Below are positions 36,065 to 44,690 of a DNA stretch of 64,000 nt, in pieces. Within the stretch, counting starts at the first letter, position 1. Each line of letters starts with the position of its first letter. The translations under genes and the position numbers were made by a program. The stretch comes from Candidatus Nomurabacteria bacterium (GTDB lineage: Bacteria; Patescibacteriota; Patescibacteriia; HK-STAS-PATE-3): NCBI GenBank assembly GCA_023898465.1, contig CP060223.1:256001-320000 (forward strand), written 5' to 3'. The notes beneath the pieces are model-generated. The model was not told where the DNA came from. It ran no database searches and saw only the letters and a list, made by a program, of their open reading frames with translations.

Positions 36065-37090
36065 ATGCCACGTAAGACTTCTGCAAAACGACGACTCGCC
36101 ATTAACGGATTTGGCCGAATTGGACGAGCTGCTTTTAAAATTGCTTTAGAAAGTAAAAAGTTTGATATTGTCGCGATTAACGACCTGACTGATACCGAAA
36201 GTCTGGCCATGCTCCTGAAGCATGATTCGGTGTATCGCAACTTCAATCACAAGGTTGGCTTTACCAAGGATTCCCTTATTGTGGATGGTAAAAAAATTCG
36301 CATTCTGGCTGAAAAAGATCCGGCTATGTTGCCTTGGAAGCGTCTGAAGATTGACGTGGTGCTCGAATGTACTGGCCGCTTTGTGAAGGATGGCGCTGCC
36401 CGGGCCCATATCAAAGCAGGTGCCAAAGCAGCTGTCGTTTCTGCGCCAACCAAGGGCGGAGACATCCCAACAGCCTTACTCGGTGTGCGTCAACCAAAGC
36501 CCGGCGAGCAGGTCGTTTCTAACGCTTCTTGCACTACGAATAACGTCGCACCGGTCACTCGAGTGATTATGGAGAATTTCGGCGTGTTGCGAGCAGCCAT
36601 GACCACGATTCACTCCTACACGGCTGAGCAAAACTTGGTTGACGGCCCACCGCCACCATTGCACCGCGATTTACGACGTATGCGAGCTGCTGCGGTTAAC
36701 CTCGTACCAACCACTTCTGGCGCGGCTATTGCCACGACCGAGGTGATTCCTGAGCTTAAGGGCTCCTTTGATGGTTTTGCTATTCGCGTGCCAACACCAG
36801 TGGTGTCCTTGTCTGACTTCACTTTCCTGGTAAAGAAAAAGACCACTATCGAAGAAGTAAACCGAGCCATGAAAAAGGCGGCTGAGGATCCTTCCTACAA
36901 AAATGTGCTGGCCGTAAATGAAGAACCACGCGTCTCTAGCGACTTTATTGGCGACCCACATTCTGCAATAGTTGACTTACCGCTCACGAATGTGATAGGT
37001 GGCGACCTTGTCAAAATCGTGGCTTGGTATGATAATGAATGGGGATATTCAACGCGGCTGGTAGAGATGGCACAGAAAGTGCATATCTAA
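36065..37090 (+). CDS. gap: Glyceraldehyde-3-phosphate dehydrogenase
   Basis: INGFGRIGR, the active site SNASCTTN, and WYDNEWGYS. Confidence 0.95.
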   Translation: MPRKTSAKRRLAINGFGRIGRAAFKIALESKKFDIVAINDLTDTESLAMLLKHDSVYRNFNHKVGFTKDSLIVDGKKIRILAEKDPAMLPWKRLKIDVVLECTGRFVKDGAARAHIKAGAKAAVVSAPTKGGDIPTALLGVRQPKPGEQVVSNASCTTNNVAPVTRVIMENFGVLRAAMTTIHSYTAEQNLVDGPPPPLHRDLRRMRAAAVNLVPTTSGAAIATTEVIPELKGSFDGFAIRVPTPVVSLSDFTFLVKKKTTIEEVNRAMKKAAEDPSYKNVLAVNEEPRVSSDFIGDPHSAIVDLPLTNVIGGDLVKIVAWYDNEWGYSTRLVEMAQKVHI

Positions 37091-37126
37091 AAGCACGCAA
37101 AAAACGAAAGGGGGTGTATTCCGTAC

Positions 37127-37312
37127 ATGTTACAGCTTAATTCATCAATGCTCGCCAGAGCCTTTCTCTGGTTCGGCCTCGTTTGTGGGTTGTTTGCCGT
37201 ATTAACCCAGCTGTCTGGTAAGACTTTCTTTGCCAGCTCGTTTTTCTATCTACAGGCCGGTATTTTAGGCGTCTTAGCCAGCATTGCCGTCCGAATGGAT
37301 AAGAATAAGTAG
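37127..37312 (+). CDS. Small two-TM membrane protein, hypothetical
   Basis: 61-aa hydrophobic ORF. Confidence 0.35.
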   Translation: MLQLNSSMLARAFLWFGLVCGLFAVLTQLSGKTFFASSFFYLQAGILGVLASIAVRMDKNK

Positions 37313-37381
37313 TTTGAGCAGGGCCATAATGAAGGGCTTGGCGAATTGCGTAGTTTTTGTTACCCTACGCTGGTATTTCGG

Positions 37382-37456
37382 GGCCCTATCGTCTAGTGGC
37401 TAGGACGCATGGTTCTCATCCATGTAACAGGGGTTCGATTCCCCTTAGGGCTACCA
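37382..37456 (+). tRNA. tRNA-Glu (anticodon CUC), CCA encoded
   Basis: Acceptor GGCCCTA/TAGGGCT (G1-U72), D-stem GTCT/GGAC, anticodon stem CATGG/CCATG with loop TTCTCAT, T-arm AGGGG-TTCGATT-CCCCT, and ACCA. Confidence 0.85.
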
Positions 37457-37522
37457 GCCCGCTTAGCGGGCTCTGCTGATAAGGATAGAAGAAAGTAAAA
37501 GTGGAATGTTTAGCATGTTGTT

Positions 37523-37860
37523 TTATAAGTTAAGGAATCGAACGGGCGAGGACGTCTGCCAGCGGCAGGCGACCGCAAGCCCCGGCCTGAAGTCCCGATA
37601 GGGACGGAATGGTCGATTCCCCTTAGGGCTACCACGGGCCATTGCGCCGTGCGGACTGCGTCCGACCAGGTCGGACTCCGCCCTTACGGCGCATGTCCCT
37701 TTCCCCATTGCAAACAGTCCCTCTCGGCAGCCTCGAGGTCCTTGGTTTGCAACGGGGGCCCCGATAAGAGTGCGGGCCCAAGTGCTCGGCATTACAAAGC
37801 GTCCCAGAAAAAATGCCAGACACAAGTCTTCGGCATTTAATGAGAAGAAGACGTAGGTCA
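37523..37860 (+). other. GC-rich, hairpin-dense noncoding segment (candidate structured RNA or remnant of foreign DNA)
   Basis: Only overlapping, low-complexity ORFs on both strands. Successive strong hairpins include GTCCC-GATA-GGGAC and a stem of about 19 bp at 37642-37690. Strand assignment is tentative. Confidence 0.3.
37613..37634 (+). repeat. Exact 22-nt direct repeat of the tRNA-Glu 3' end (att-like)
   Basis: TCGATTCCCCTTAGGGCTACCA occurs at 37435-37456 (inside the tRNA) and again at 37613-37634. The second copy has no upstream tRNA body. Confidence 0.85.
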
Positions 37861-37927
37861 ACTTCAGAGTGAGTCACCACAAACATCGTCGCTGCGCTAG
37901 AGGCAGCATAATTCAGGAGGAAAAAAT

Positions 37928-38467
37928 ATGTCACGTAGCGTACTCATTTTCATCGTACTCCTCGTTATCCTCGCAGTAGGCGGTGGAATTGTTTGGTGGA
38001 TGGTCACCAACCCAAGCGAAAATAGCAACACAAATAATGCCGTTGTCGCGAATACCAACACTGAGGTGAATGCAAATGCTGCACCGAATATTGATGTACA
38101 GGCCGGTGCGGTGGATGTAGGACGAGAAGCCTTGCTGACCAGTGCGAACTTCCGCGCCAGCTCAGCTTCATTGCTCAGCGAATTTGACGGCCTAAGCGCC
38201 GCTGAAGATAAAAGCTACCTGGTTGTCTATTACATGTTGACGCCTTACGAAGGATCAAGCGAAAACGTGCCAAATCTGAACGATCAAAACGTTTCAGTCA
38301 GCAGCGGTGACACTTCCTATACACTGCAAGCAATTGGCACCACCCAGAGCGAAACTGATGGCGAAGAACTTGGCTATCTGCGTTTCGAAGTGCCTGTTGA
38401 CGCAAGCGGATTTGTCCTAACGATTTTAGACGGCGACATAGAGCAGACGATTGATCTGGGCTTTTAA
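37928..38467 (+). CDS. Hypothetical membrane-anchored exported protein
   Basis: 179 aa with an N-terminal TM helix and an asparagine/threonine-rich linker. Shine-Dalgarno AGGAGG. Confidence 0.55.
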   Translation: MSRSVLIFIVLLVILAVGGGIVWWMVTNPSENSNTNNAVVANTNTEVNANAAPNIDVQAGAVDVGREALLTSANFRASSASLLSEFDGLSAAEDKSYLVVYYMLTPYEGSSENVPNLNDQNVSVSSGDTSYTLQAIGTTQSETDGEELGYLRFEVPVDASGFVLTILDGDIEQTIDLGF

Positions 38468-38520
38468 CCTATTGAGTGCCGGGTGAGTAACGGGGGATTG
38501 GCATTAGCGCAGGAGATGGC

Positions 38521-39633
38521 ATGAAGATTGGCATAGTTACGCAGAGCTTTTTCCCCATTCGCGGAGGTGTCGCAGAACACGTCTATCATACAGCGCATGC
38601 TTTAGAGCGGCGCGGACACGAGGTCGTTATTATTACGGCCAATTTTAGTCGTTTTGATGAGGATAGGGGATGTCGGGTCGAGCGCATCGGCCGCGATTTA
38701 ACCATTCCCTTTAATCAGGCTTTTGTAAACCTGACCATTAGCTGGAATATCCCGCAGGAGTTACGCCACCTAGAGCGCAAGTACGGCTTCGACGTGGTGC
38801 ATATTCACGGACCCTACGAACCATTTTTACCTGCCCTGGCGCTGAAGAATATCGAGTGCCCAAAGGTTGGCACTTTTCATGCCTTTAACGCGCATCCCTC
38901 GTTGGGCTATCGCGTGTTTGAAAATTACATCCGAACCTTTAAGGATCGTTTGTCAGCCCGCATCGCGGTTTCGCAAGCCGCTAAGGACTTTATCTCGCAT
39001 CATTTCCCGGATGATTATGAAATCATCCCAAACGGCGTGGATGTGCAGCGCTTTAGTCCGCAGGTCAAACCCTTCCCTTGGTATAACCCAGAGAAATTCA
39101 CCATCCTCTTTGTCGGTCGTATGGATCCGCGCAAAGGTTTGAAATATCTCTTACGCGCCTTCACCATGATCGCGTCCGAGTTCCCGCAGGCCGAGGTGGT
39201 GGTTGTCGGCAATGGTATATTGCGTCGCTATTACGAAACCTTTTTAGAGCCGAGCCTGAAAGATCGCGTGCGTTTCGAGGGCTTTGTCTCGGCTGCAGAT
39301 TTACCGCGCTACTATGCCTCCAGCGATGTGTATGTGTCGCCAGCCACCGGCAATGAGAGTTTCGGCATTGTCTTGCTCGAGGGTATGGCCAGCGGCAAGC
39401 CGGTGATTGCGTCGGATATTGACGGGTATCGGGATGTGATTCGCCATGGCCAGGATGGGATTTTGGTGCCAAAATCTGACCCAGCCGCCCTAGCCCAGGC
39501 TCTCCGCACCCTGGCCCGTGACCCGCAAGAAAGAGCAAAATACCAGCAGGCCGGCCGTCAGCGGGCTGAGGAATTCTCCTGGGAGTCTATTACTGACCGC
39601 TTGGAGGAGGTGTATAGGAGGGTGGTGTATTGA
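38521..39633 (+). CDS. Glycosyltransferase family 4 (GT-B, PimA-like)
   Basis: GGVAEHVYHTAHAL at the N-terminus. The C-terminal E-x7-E region is PATGNESFGIVLLEGMASGKPVIASD. Confidence 0.85.
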   Translation: MKIGIVTQSFFPIRGGVAEHVYHTAHALERRGHEVVIITANFSRFDEDRGCRVERIGRDLTIPFNQAFVNLTISWNIPQELRHLERKYGFDVVHIHGPYEPFLPALALKNIECPKVGTFHAFNAHPSLGYRVFENYIRTFKDRLSARIAVSQAAKDFISHHFPDDYEIIPNGVDVQRFSPQVKPFPWYNPEKFTILFVGRMDPRKGLKYLLRAFTMIASEFPQAEVVVVGNGILRRYYETFLEPSLKDRVRFEGFVSAADLPRYYASSDVYVSPATGNESFGIVLLEGMASGKPVIASDIDGYRDVIRHGQDGILVPKSDPAALAQALRTLARDPQERAKYQQAGRQRAEEFSWESITDRLEEVYRRVVY

Positions 39634-39666
39634 ACGTAGCAATGGAAGAATTATTAAAGTAAAAGA

Positions 39667-42600
39667 ATGGACTCTGCCCCATTAACACTACAAACGAAGA
39701 CACTGCAGAGGTCTTCCGATCTAAATAATTACAGACTCTATCGCGCAGCTCTTGAATGGGAGTTGATTGATCCTATTGTCATAGAAGACCGGGATGACAT
39801 GCATTCCGAAAGTAGTTGGCGTGATCGTCTTGAGCCGTATCATCATCAAGTAACTAACCTAATAACTTTTTGTCGTCGCCTACCTGTTACTTTACTGGCG
39901 GATGATGTCGGGTTAGGAAAAACAATTAGTGCTGGCCTAGTTTTAAGCGAGTTAATTTCGCGCGGGAGAATTTCAAAAATATTAATAGTTTGCCCAAAAA
40001 TACTTCGAGATCAGTGGAAAGAAGAATTGGAAATAAAGTTCCGAATTCCGTCCACAATTGTGACAGGAAGAGAATTAATTACGGCAAAGCCTCCTGAAGA
40101 ACCAGGAGCGGTAATTACCACATACAATACGGCCAGACTGTATTTAGATAGAATTGACCAGAATGGTTTTGAAATATTGATACTTGATGAGGCGCATAAA
40201 TTGCGGAATCTATATGGTGTTGACCCAACACCTCAAGTTGCAATTAAATTCCGTAAAGCTCTGGCTGACCGGATGTTTAAGTACGTATTAATGTTAACTG
40301 CAACGCCGATCCAGAACAGACTATGGGATCTCTACTCGTTGGTTGACTTATTAACCGTTGCACGCGGCCATGAAAATCCCTTTGGAACGCCAGGTATTTT
40401 TGCGAGAAAATTTATTGCAGATAGTCGCACACAAGCGCGTCAGCTTAATCCGGAGATGCGGGATGAGTTTCGCTCAATTATTTACGGTTATATGTCTCGG
40501 GTTCGTCGTGGAGATGCAAAACTCCACTTCCCAGAGCGGGTAGTACAGTTGCATAAAGTTGACCCAACACCAGAAGAATTGCAGTTGATCGGTGTGGTCG
40601 GAAAATCTATACAACAACTGAATGCGCTTACACAAATTGTAATCCTCCAAGCTTTGGTGAGTAGTCCAGAAGCGCTAATAAAGATGTTAGAAGGAATGGC
40701 TAAAAAAGGAACCGTACCGCGTGAGGTGTTGGCGAACGTTAAGGAATCAGCCAAAGAAATTCAAATCACTACAAAACTAAAAGGTTTGGGCGCGTTAGTT
40801 GAAAAACTTAGAAAGGAGCAACCCAATACTTGGCGGGTGGTAGTTTTTACAAGATGGCGAGAAACTCAAACAACTATCGAAACTTTTCTTGAAAAGCAAG
40901 GAGTAAAATGCGGCTTGATAAATGGCGATTCAAGTAAGCGAAATCAGGAAACAATCCAAAGATTTAAAAAAGACTTACCAGACATTAATGTAATTATTTC
41001 TACTGAAGCAGGTTCGGAGGGCGTTAACCTTCAGGCCGCTAATGTTTTGGTTAATTACGATCTCCCCTGGAATCCAATGATAGTGGAACAAAGAATAGGT
41101 CGTATTCAAAGACTTGCTTCTAATTATGCAAATGTTTCTATTTTTAATATTGTTTTGCAAAATACCTTTGAAGAATATATTGTAGGGCGCTTGATGGAAA
41201 AGTTGCAGATGGCTTCTCATGCAATTGGGGATATTGAAGCACTATTGGAAGCATCCGGCATTGATGAAGGTGAAGAAAATGGCTCAAGTGGTTTTGAAGA
41301 AAAAATTCGCCAGTTAGTAGTTGCATCTTTAGCTGGAAAAGATGTTGAGCAGGCAACTCGTAAAGCTGAACAGAGTATTTCAGAAGCTAAAACAGAATTA
41401 GACCATGAAGAAAAGAACATTAATGCTTTACTTGGGGGGATGAGTGATTCTCTAGATTCTGGTCCAAGATGTCCGAAGCTTCCTCAAACTACTAAGTCGA
41501 TGGATGTCCGTGATTTTACTACGGCTGCTCTTATGAGCTTAGGCGCGGAACTACATCCAAAAAAGGATGGTTTATTAGTTTCACAACTTGCTGGGAAAAA
41601 AGAATTAATCCGATTTGATAATAACACTCTGAGCAGTGAAGAGGAGAGTGTCTTATATGCACCGGGAACTTCAACTTTTGAACGCTTAGTCCATAAAGTT
41701 GCAAATGTAGGAAAACACATTGTTGAAGACCTTGATAAAAACCCCCAACAGCAAATTGAGAAAGTAAGTCGTCAATGGGTCGAAAGTTTTGGCGGAGACT
41801 TCGAAAATGTAACGGTAGAGGACGTTTCTCGATGTTTTGCAGGAGTAGCAATAATTCGTGCAAGATCAACAGTAGCTCACGATAGTTATGAGCGTCTCAT
41901 TGAGGTTTCGTGCGCTCCCACTGAGCATTTCAGTTTTGTGACAAGAACGGGATTGGAACCCATCGGAGACTATATTGAAAATCCGACATCTGTTGGTGCG
42001 CTTTCAGAAAAATTAATTGAAAAAGCCAGCCAAGACTCGAGTATTCTTGAGTTCTGTAGATTTTATTTAGAACGAAGATCTCAAGAAATTGCCTCCGCAG
42101 GAAATGACGAAAGAAAAAAGAAAAAGCTTGAGGATGAGTTTACGCCCCGTCTTGAATTTTCCCTAGTCGGTCTTGAGGGCAAGGTTCATCGGATAGTTAA
42201 AAATCAGGTCTCTTATAGAATTGAACGTGAGGGCCAATACAAAAGTACCCTCATGATAACCCCCTCTTCTGGGCAAGTTGATATGCCGGGGATGGGACAA
42301 TGCATGAAAACAGGTAAGACTGTACCGAGCGATTGCTTAGCAAAGTGCGAAATAAGCGGACTTATAGTATTGCGGCATTTTCTTGATCAATCAGAGATCA
42401 GTAATCGACTGGCGCTCCCTGAGCACATCGTTTTATGTACGTTAAGCAACAAGCGAGTGCTAGCGGACGAAGCTATAAAATCAGATGTTACGGGCAAACT
42501 AGTCGCAAAGAAGTTTTTAAAAACATCTTCTCTGAGTGGCAAATTCGCTGAACCACAGTTCATTAACACTTGTGAGTTTACAAAAACAGAAGTTCTGGAA

Positions 42601-43194
42601 AGCGAAATTGCGGTCAGCCAGATTTCAGGAAAAAGATATCGCATTGATGAGCAACTTAAATCCGCAGTTTCAGGAAAACTAGGCCATCGACAAGAATTTG
42701 TAGCAAGTAGTATTTCATCAGCCCCACTTCTTGAAGAAGAAGCCATTCGTTCGGTCACTGGAAAATTTTGTGCACCAATGGAAGCGAGGCCCTGCACTTG
42801 GAGTGGTCGAAAGTGTCACCCCGAAGACCTTAGGACTTGCGAGTTGACCGGAGTCCAAATTCATTCAGAGTACGTAACGCTCGAACCACCAATTCGTTTA
42901 GAAACCCTAAATAATCTTTTGAATGGCACGAGGAGCAAATCTGACAAATTGGAAGTATGGCCTTCACTTTCAAATAGCGTTACAGCTTTATTAAAAGCAA
43001 AACGTTGTAAAATTGAAACAGCAGAAGTTTCACCTAGTGACGATATTTTGGCCGCTTCTATAGAGCTTCGAACTTTTCTAGGCCTGCGCGTGAGTCACAT
43101 TGGCGTACTTTATTCAATAAAGGATGGATCCGTAGTCGGGCGTGTTGCTAGAGGCAAGCGTGGTGATAAGGGCTGGAATCAAACTAAGAACTAA
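39667..43194 (+). CDS. SNF2-family helicase/translocase with a long C-terminal extension containing 15-residue repeats
   Basis: Motif I LADDVGLGKT, motif II LILDEAHKLRN, motif III LMLTATPIQN, helicase-C STEAGSEGVNLQ and QRIGRIQRL. About 650 further aa follow. AT-rich relative to the flanks. Confidence 0.85.
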   Translation: MDSAPLTLQTKTLQRSSDLNNYRLYRAALEWELIDPIVIEDRDDMHSESSWRDRLEPYHHQVTNLITFCRRLPVTLLADDVGLGKTISAGLVLSELISRGRISKILIVCPKILRDQWKEELEIKFRIPSTIVTGRELITAKPPEEPGAVITTYNTARLYLDRIDQNGFEILILDEAHKLRNLYGVDPTPQVAIKFRKALADRMFKYVLMLTATPIQNRLWDLYSLVDLLTVARGHENPFGTPGIFARKFIADSRTQARQLNPEMRDEFRSIIYGYMSRVRRGDAKLHFPERVVQLHKVDPTPEELQLIGVVGKSIQQLNALTQIVILQALVSSPEALIKMLEGMAKKGTVPREVLANVKESAKEIQITTKLKGLGALVEKLRKEQPNTWRVVVFTRWRETQTTIETFLEKQGVKCGLINGDSSKRNQETIQRFKKDLPDINVIISTEAGSEGVNLQAANVLVNYDLPWNPMIVEQRIGRIQRLASNYANVSIFNIVLQNTFEEYIVGRLMEKLQMASHAIGDIEALLEASGIDEGEENGSSGFEEKIRQLVVASLAGKDVEQATRKAEQSISEAKTELDHEEKNINALLGGMSDSLDSGPRCPKLPQTTKSMDVRDFTTAALMSLGAELHPKKDGLLVSQLAGKKELIRFDNNTLSSEEESVLYAPGTSTFERLVHKVANVGKHIVEDLDKNPQQQIEKVSRQWVESFGGDFENVTVEDVSRCFAGVAIIRARSTVAHDSYERLIEVSCAPTEHFSFVTRTGLEPIGDYIENPTSVGALSEKLIEKASQDSSILEFCRFYLERRSQEIASAGNDERKKKKLEDEFTPRLEFSLVGLEGKVHRIVKNQVSYRIEREGQYKSTLMITPSSGQVDMPGMGQCMKTGKTVPSDCLAKCEISGLIVLRHFLDQSEISNRLALPEHIVLCTLSNKRVLADEAIKSDVTGKLVAKKFLKTSSLSGKFAEPQFINTCEFTKTEVLESEIAVSQISGKRYRIDEQLKSAVSGKLGHRQEFVASSISSAPLLEEEAIRSVTGKFCAPMEARPCTWSGRKCHPEDLRTCELTGVQIHSEYVTLEPPIRLETLNNLLNGTRSKSDKLEVWPSLSNSVTALLKAKRCKIETAEVSPSDDILAASIELRTFLGLRVSHIGVLYSIKDGSVVGRVARGKRGDKGWNQTKN

Positions 43195-43195
43195 T

Positions 43196-44686
43196 ATGAA
43201 CCCTCTACTTACAAAAACCGATTATCTTCTTTACCGGGAATGCCCAAAGAATGTTTGGTATAAAATCCAAAAACCTGAATTGTATGCTACATCGGAGCTA
43301 ACAGAGTTTGAAAAATCGATAATGGAAACAGGTAATGAGGTTGAAAAGATTGCAAGGCAACTTTTTCCAAACGGGGTGTTAGTAACTTATCGTGATGCGC
43401 GCGGTCAAGCTGAGACACAAAAGCTATTGGCGGAGAACAAGGATGTGATTTTTCAGCCAGTTTTTGTCAAAAATAACTTTTTGGCTGCTATTGATGTTCT
43501 ACAAAAAGAAAAGAATGGCAAGGGCTACAATGTTTACGAAATAAAATCGACTAGTGATGTAGATAAGAAAACACATTTTCACGACCTAGCATTTCAAGTA
43601 AACGTTCTCAGAATGACAGGCCTGGGAATTAATAAATCATTTGTCATTCATCTAAACTCTGAATATATTCGAAAGGGAGAAATTGAGCTGGATCAGTTAT
43701 TTAAAGTATCAGATGTGACGGATGAAGTAGAAAGTCTTTTACCGGATGTTGCGACTGAGGCGGAAGAAGCATTGAAGTATATTAGCCAAACTTCTGAACC
43801 AGAGGGGTACTGCTGCTGTATTTATAAAGGTCGATCAAGGCATTGTTCAACCTTTCAGCTAGCGAACCCCGAAGTACCCGAATATAGTGTCCACGATATT
43901 TCTAGGATAGGGGTAAGCAAGGCTAAATTAAAAGAGCTAATTGACGGAAGTATTTTTCACCTGGACAAGATTCCGCCACACATTAAATTAAGCGAAATTC
44001 AACAAGGTCAAGTTGAAACCTATAAATTGAATAAGGTATTAGTAGATAAGGAAAGAATTGCGGAAGAATTTAGTGGTCTCACATTCCCACTTTATTTTCT
44101 TGATTATGAAACATTTCCATCAGCAATACCAAGATATGATGGCTTTTCACCATATAAACAAATTCCGTTCCAGTATTCTGTTTACAAACTAGATTCAGTC
44201 GAGAGTGAGCCAACTCATTTTGATTTTTTGTACTCTGGTCCCGAAGACCCCAGCAAGCACTTTGCCGAGTCTTTAAGGGAACATATCGGGGATAAAGGCT
44301 CGATCATCGTTTGGCATAAAGACTTCGAGTGTGGCAGAAATAATGAAATAGGTAGTCGAATTCCTACTTCGAAGGCTTTTTTTGACTCTGTTAATCAGCG
44401 AGTATACGATCTCGAAGACATTTTCAAGAAACAATACCACGTTCATCGAGATTATAAGGGAAGCACATCTATTAAAAACGTATTGCCTGTTTTAGTGCCA
44501 GAATTAACGTATAAAGACCTTGAAATTCGTGATGGTGGCAGTGCAGCGGATAGTTGGGACAAAATAATTAGTGGTGTATATAACGAGACAGAGAAAGAAA
44601 AGGTAATAAAAGATTTAAAGATTTATTGTGGTCTTGATACATTTGCAATGTATGCTATTTGGAATTGCTTGAACAAGCTACTCTAA
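43196..44686 (+). CDS. DUF2779-like dual nuclease (N-terminal Cas4/RecB-like PD-(D/E)XK with Cys cluster + C-terminal DEDD-type exonuclease-like half)
   Basis: The ATG lies 1 nt after the SNF2 stop. YRECPKNVW ... AAIDVL ... VYEIKS ... GYCCCIYKGRSRHC gives a D..ExK motif plus four Cys. The C-terminal half has YFLDYET, WHKDFE, and YCGLDTFAMY. Confidence 0.65.
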   Translation: MNPLLTKTDYLLYRECPKNVWYKIQKPELYATSELTEFEKSIMETGNEVEKIARQLFPNGVLVTYRDARGQAETQKLLAENKDVIFQPVFVKNNFLAAIDVLQKEKNGKGYNVYEIKSTSDVDKKTHFHDLAFQVNVLRMTGLGINKSFVIHLNSEYIRKGEIELDQLFKVSDVTDEVESLLPDVATEAEEALKYISQTSEPEGYCCCIYKGRSRHCSTFQLANPEVPEYSVHDISRIGVSKAKLKELIDGSIFHLDKIPPHIKLSEIQQGQVETYKLNKVLVDKERIAEEFSGLTFPLYFLDYETFPSAIPRYDGFSPYKQIPFQYSVYKLDSVESEPTHFDFLYSGPEDPSKHFAESLREHIGDKGSIIVWHKDFECGRNNEIGSRIPTSKAFFDSVNQRVYDLEDIFKKQYHVHRDYKGSTSIKNVLPVLVPELTYKDLEIRDGGSAADSWDKIISGVYNETEKEKVIKDLKIYCGLDTFAMYAIWNCLNKLL

Positions 44687-44690
44687 ACCT

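Noticed and set aside
37523-37634. Two-piece (permuted) tmRNA acceptor piece ending in ...TCGATTCCCCTTAGGGCTACCA.
   Set aside because: The sequence upstream of the repeat cannot pair into a T-arm. The acceptor strand is that of tRNA-Glu and cannot give the G3-U70 alanine identity pair. No matching 5' acceptor strand and no tag-like ORF ending in hydrophobic residues plus AA was found downstream.
37580-37800. RNase P RNA, suggested by GAAGTCCCGATAGGGAC (versus the GAAAGUCCGGGCUCCAUAGGGCA core) and GATAAGAGTGCGGG (versus GGUAAGAGCGCACC).
   Set aside because: The first segment is simply a GTCCC-GATA-GGGAC hairpin. No P4 partner (CGGGACUU preceded by ACAGAA) exists on the same strand. The resemblance is probably chance.
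37523-37934. Three overlapping ORFs (112 aa and 101 aa on the minus strand, 63 aa on the plus strand).
   Set aside because: They overlap one another and the translations are low-complexity arginine/proline/glycine/serine-rich. One runs across the tRNA-3'-end repeat. The region is better explained as noncoding GC-rich DNA.
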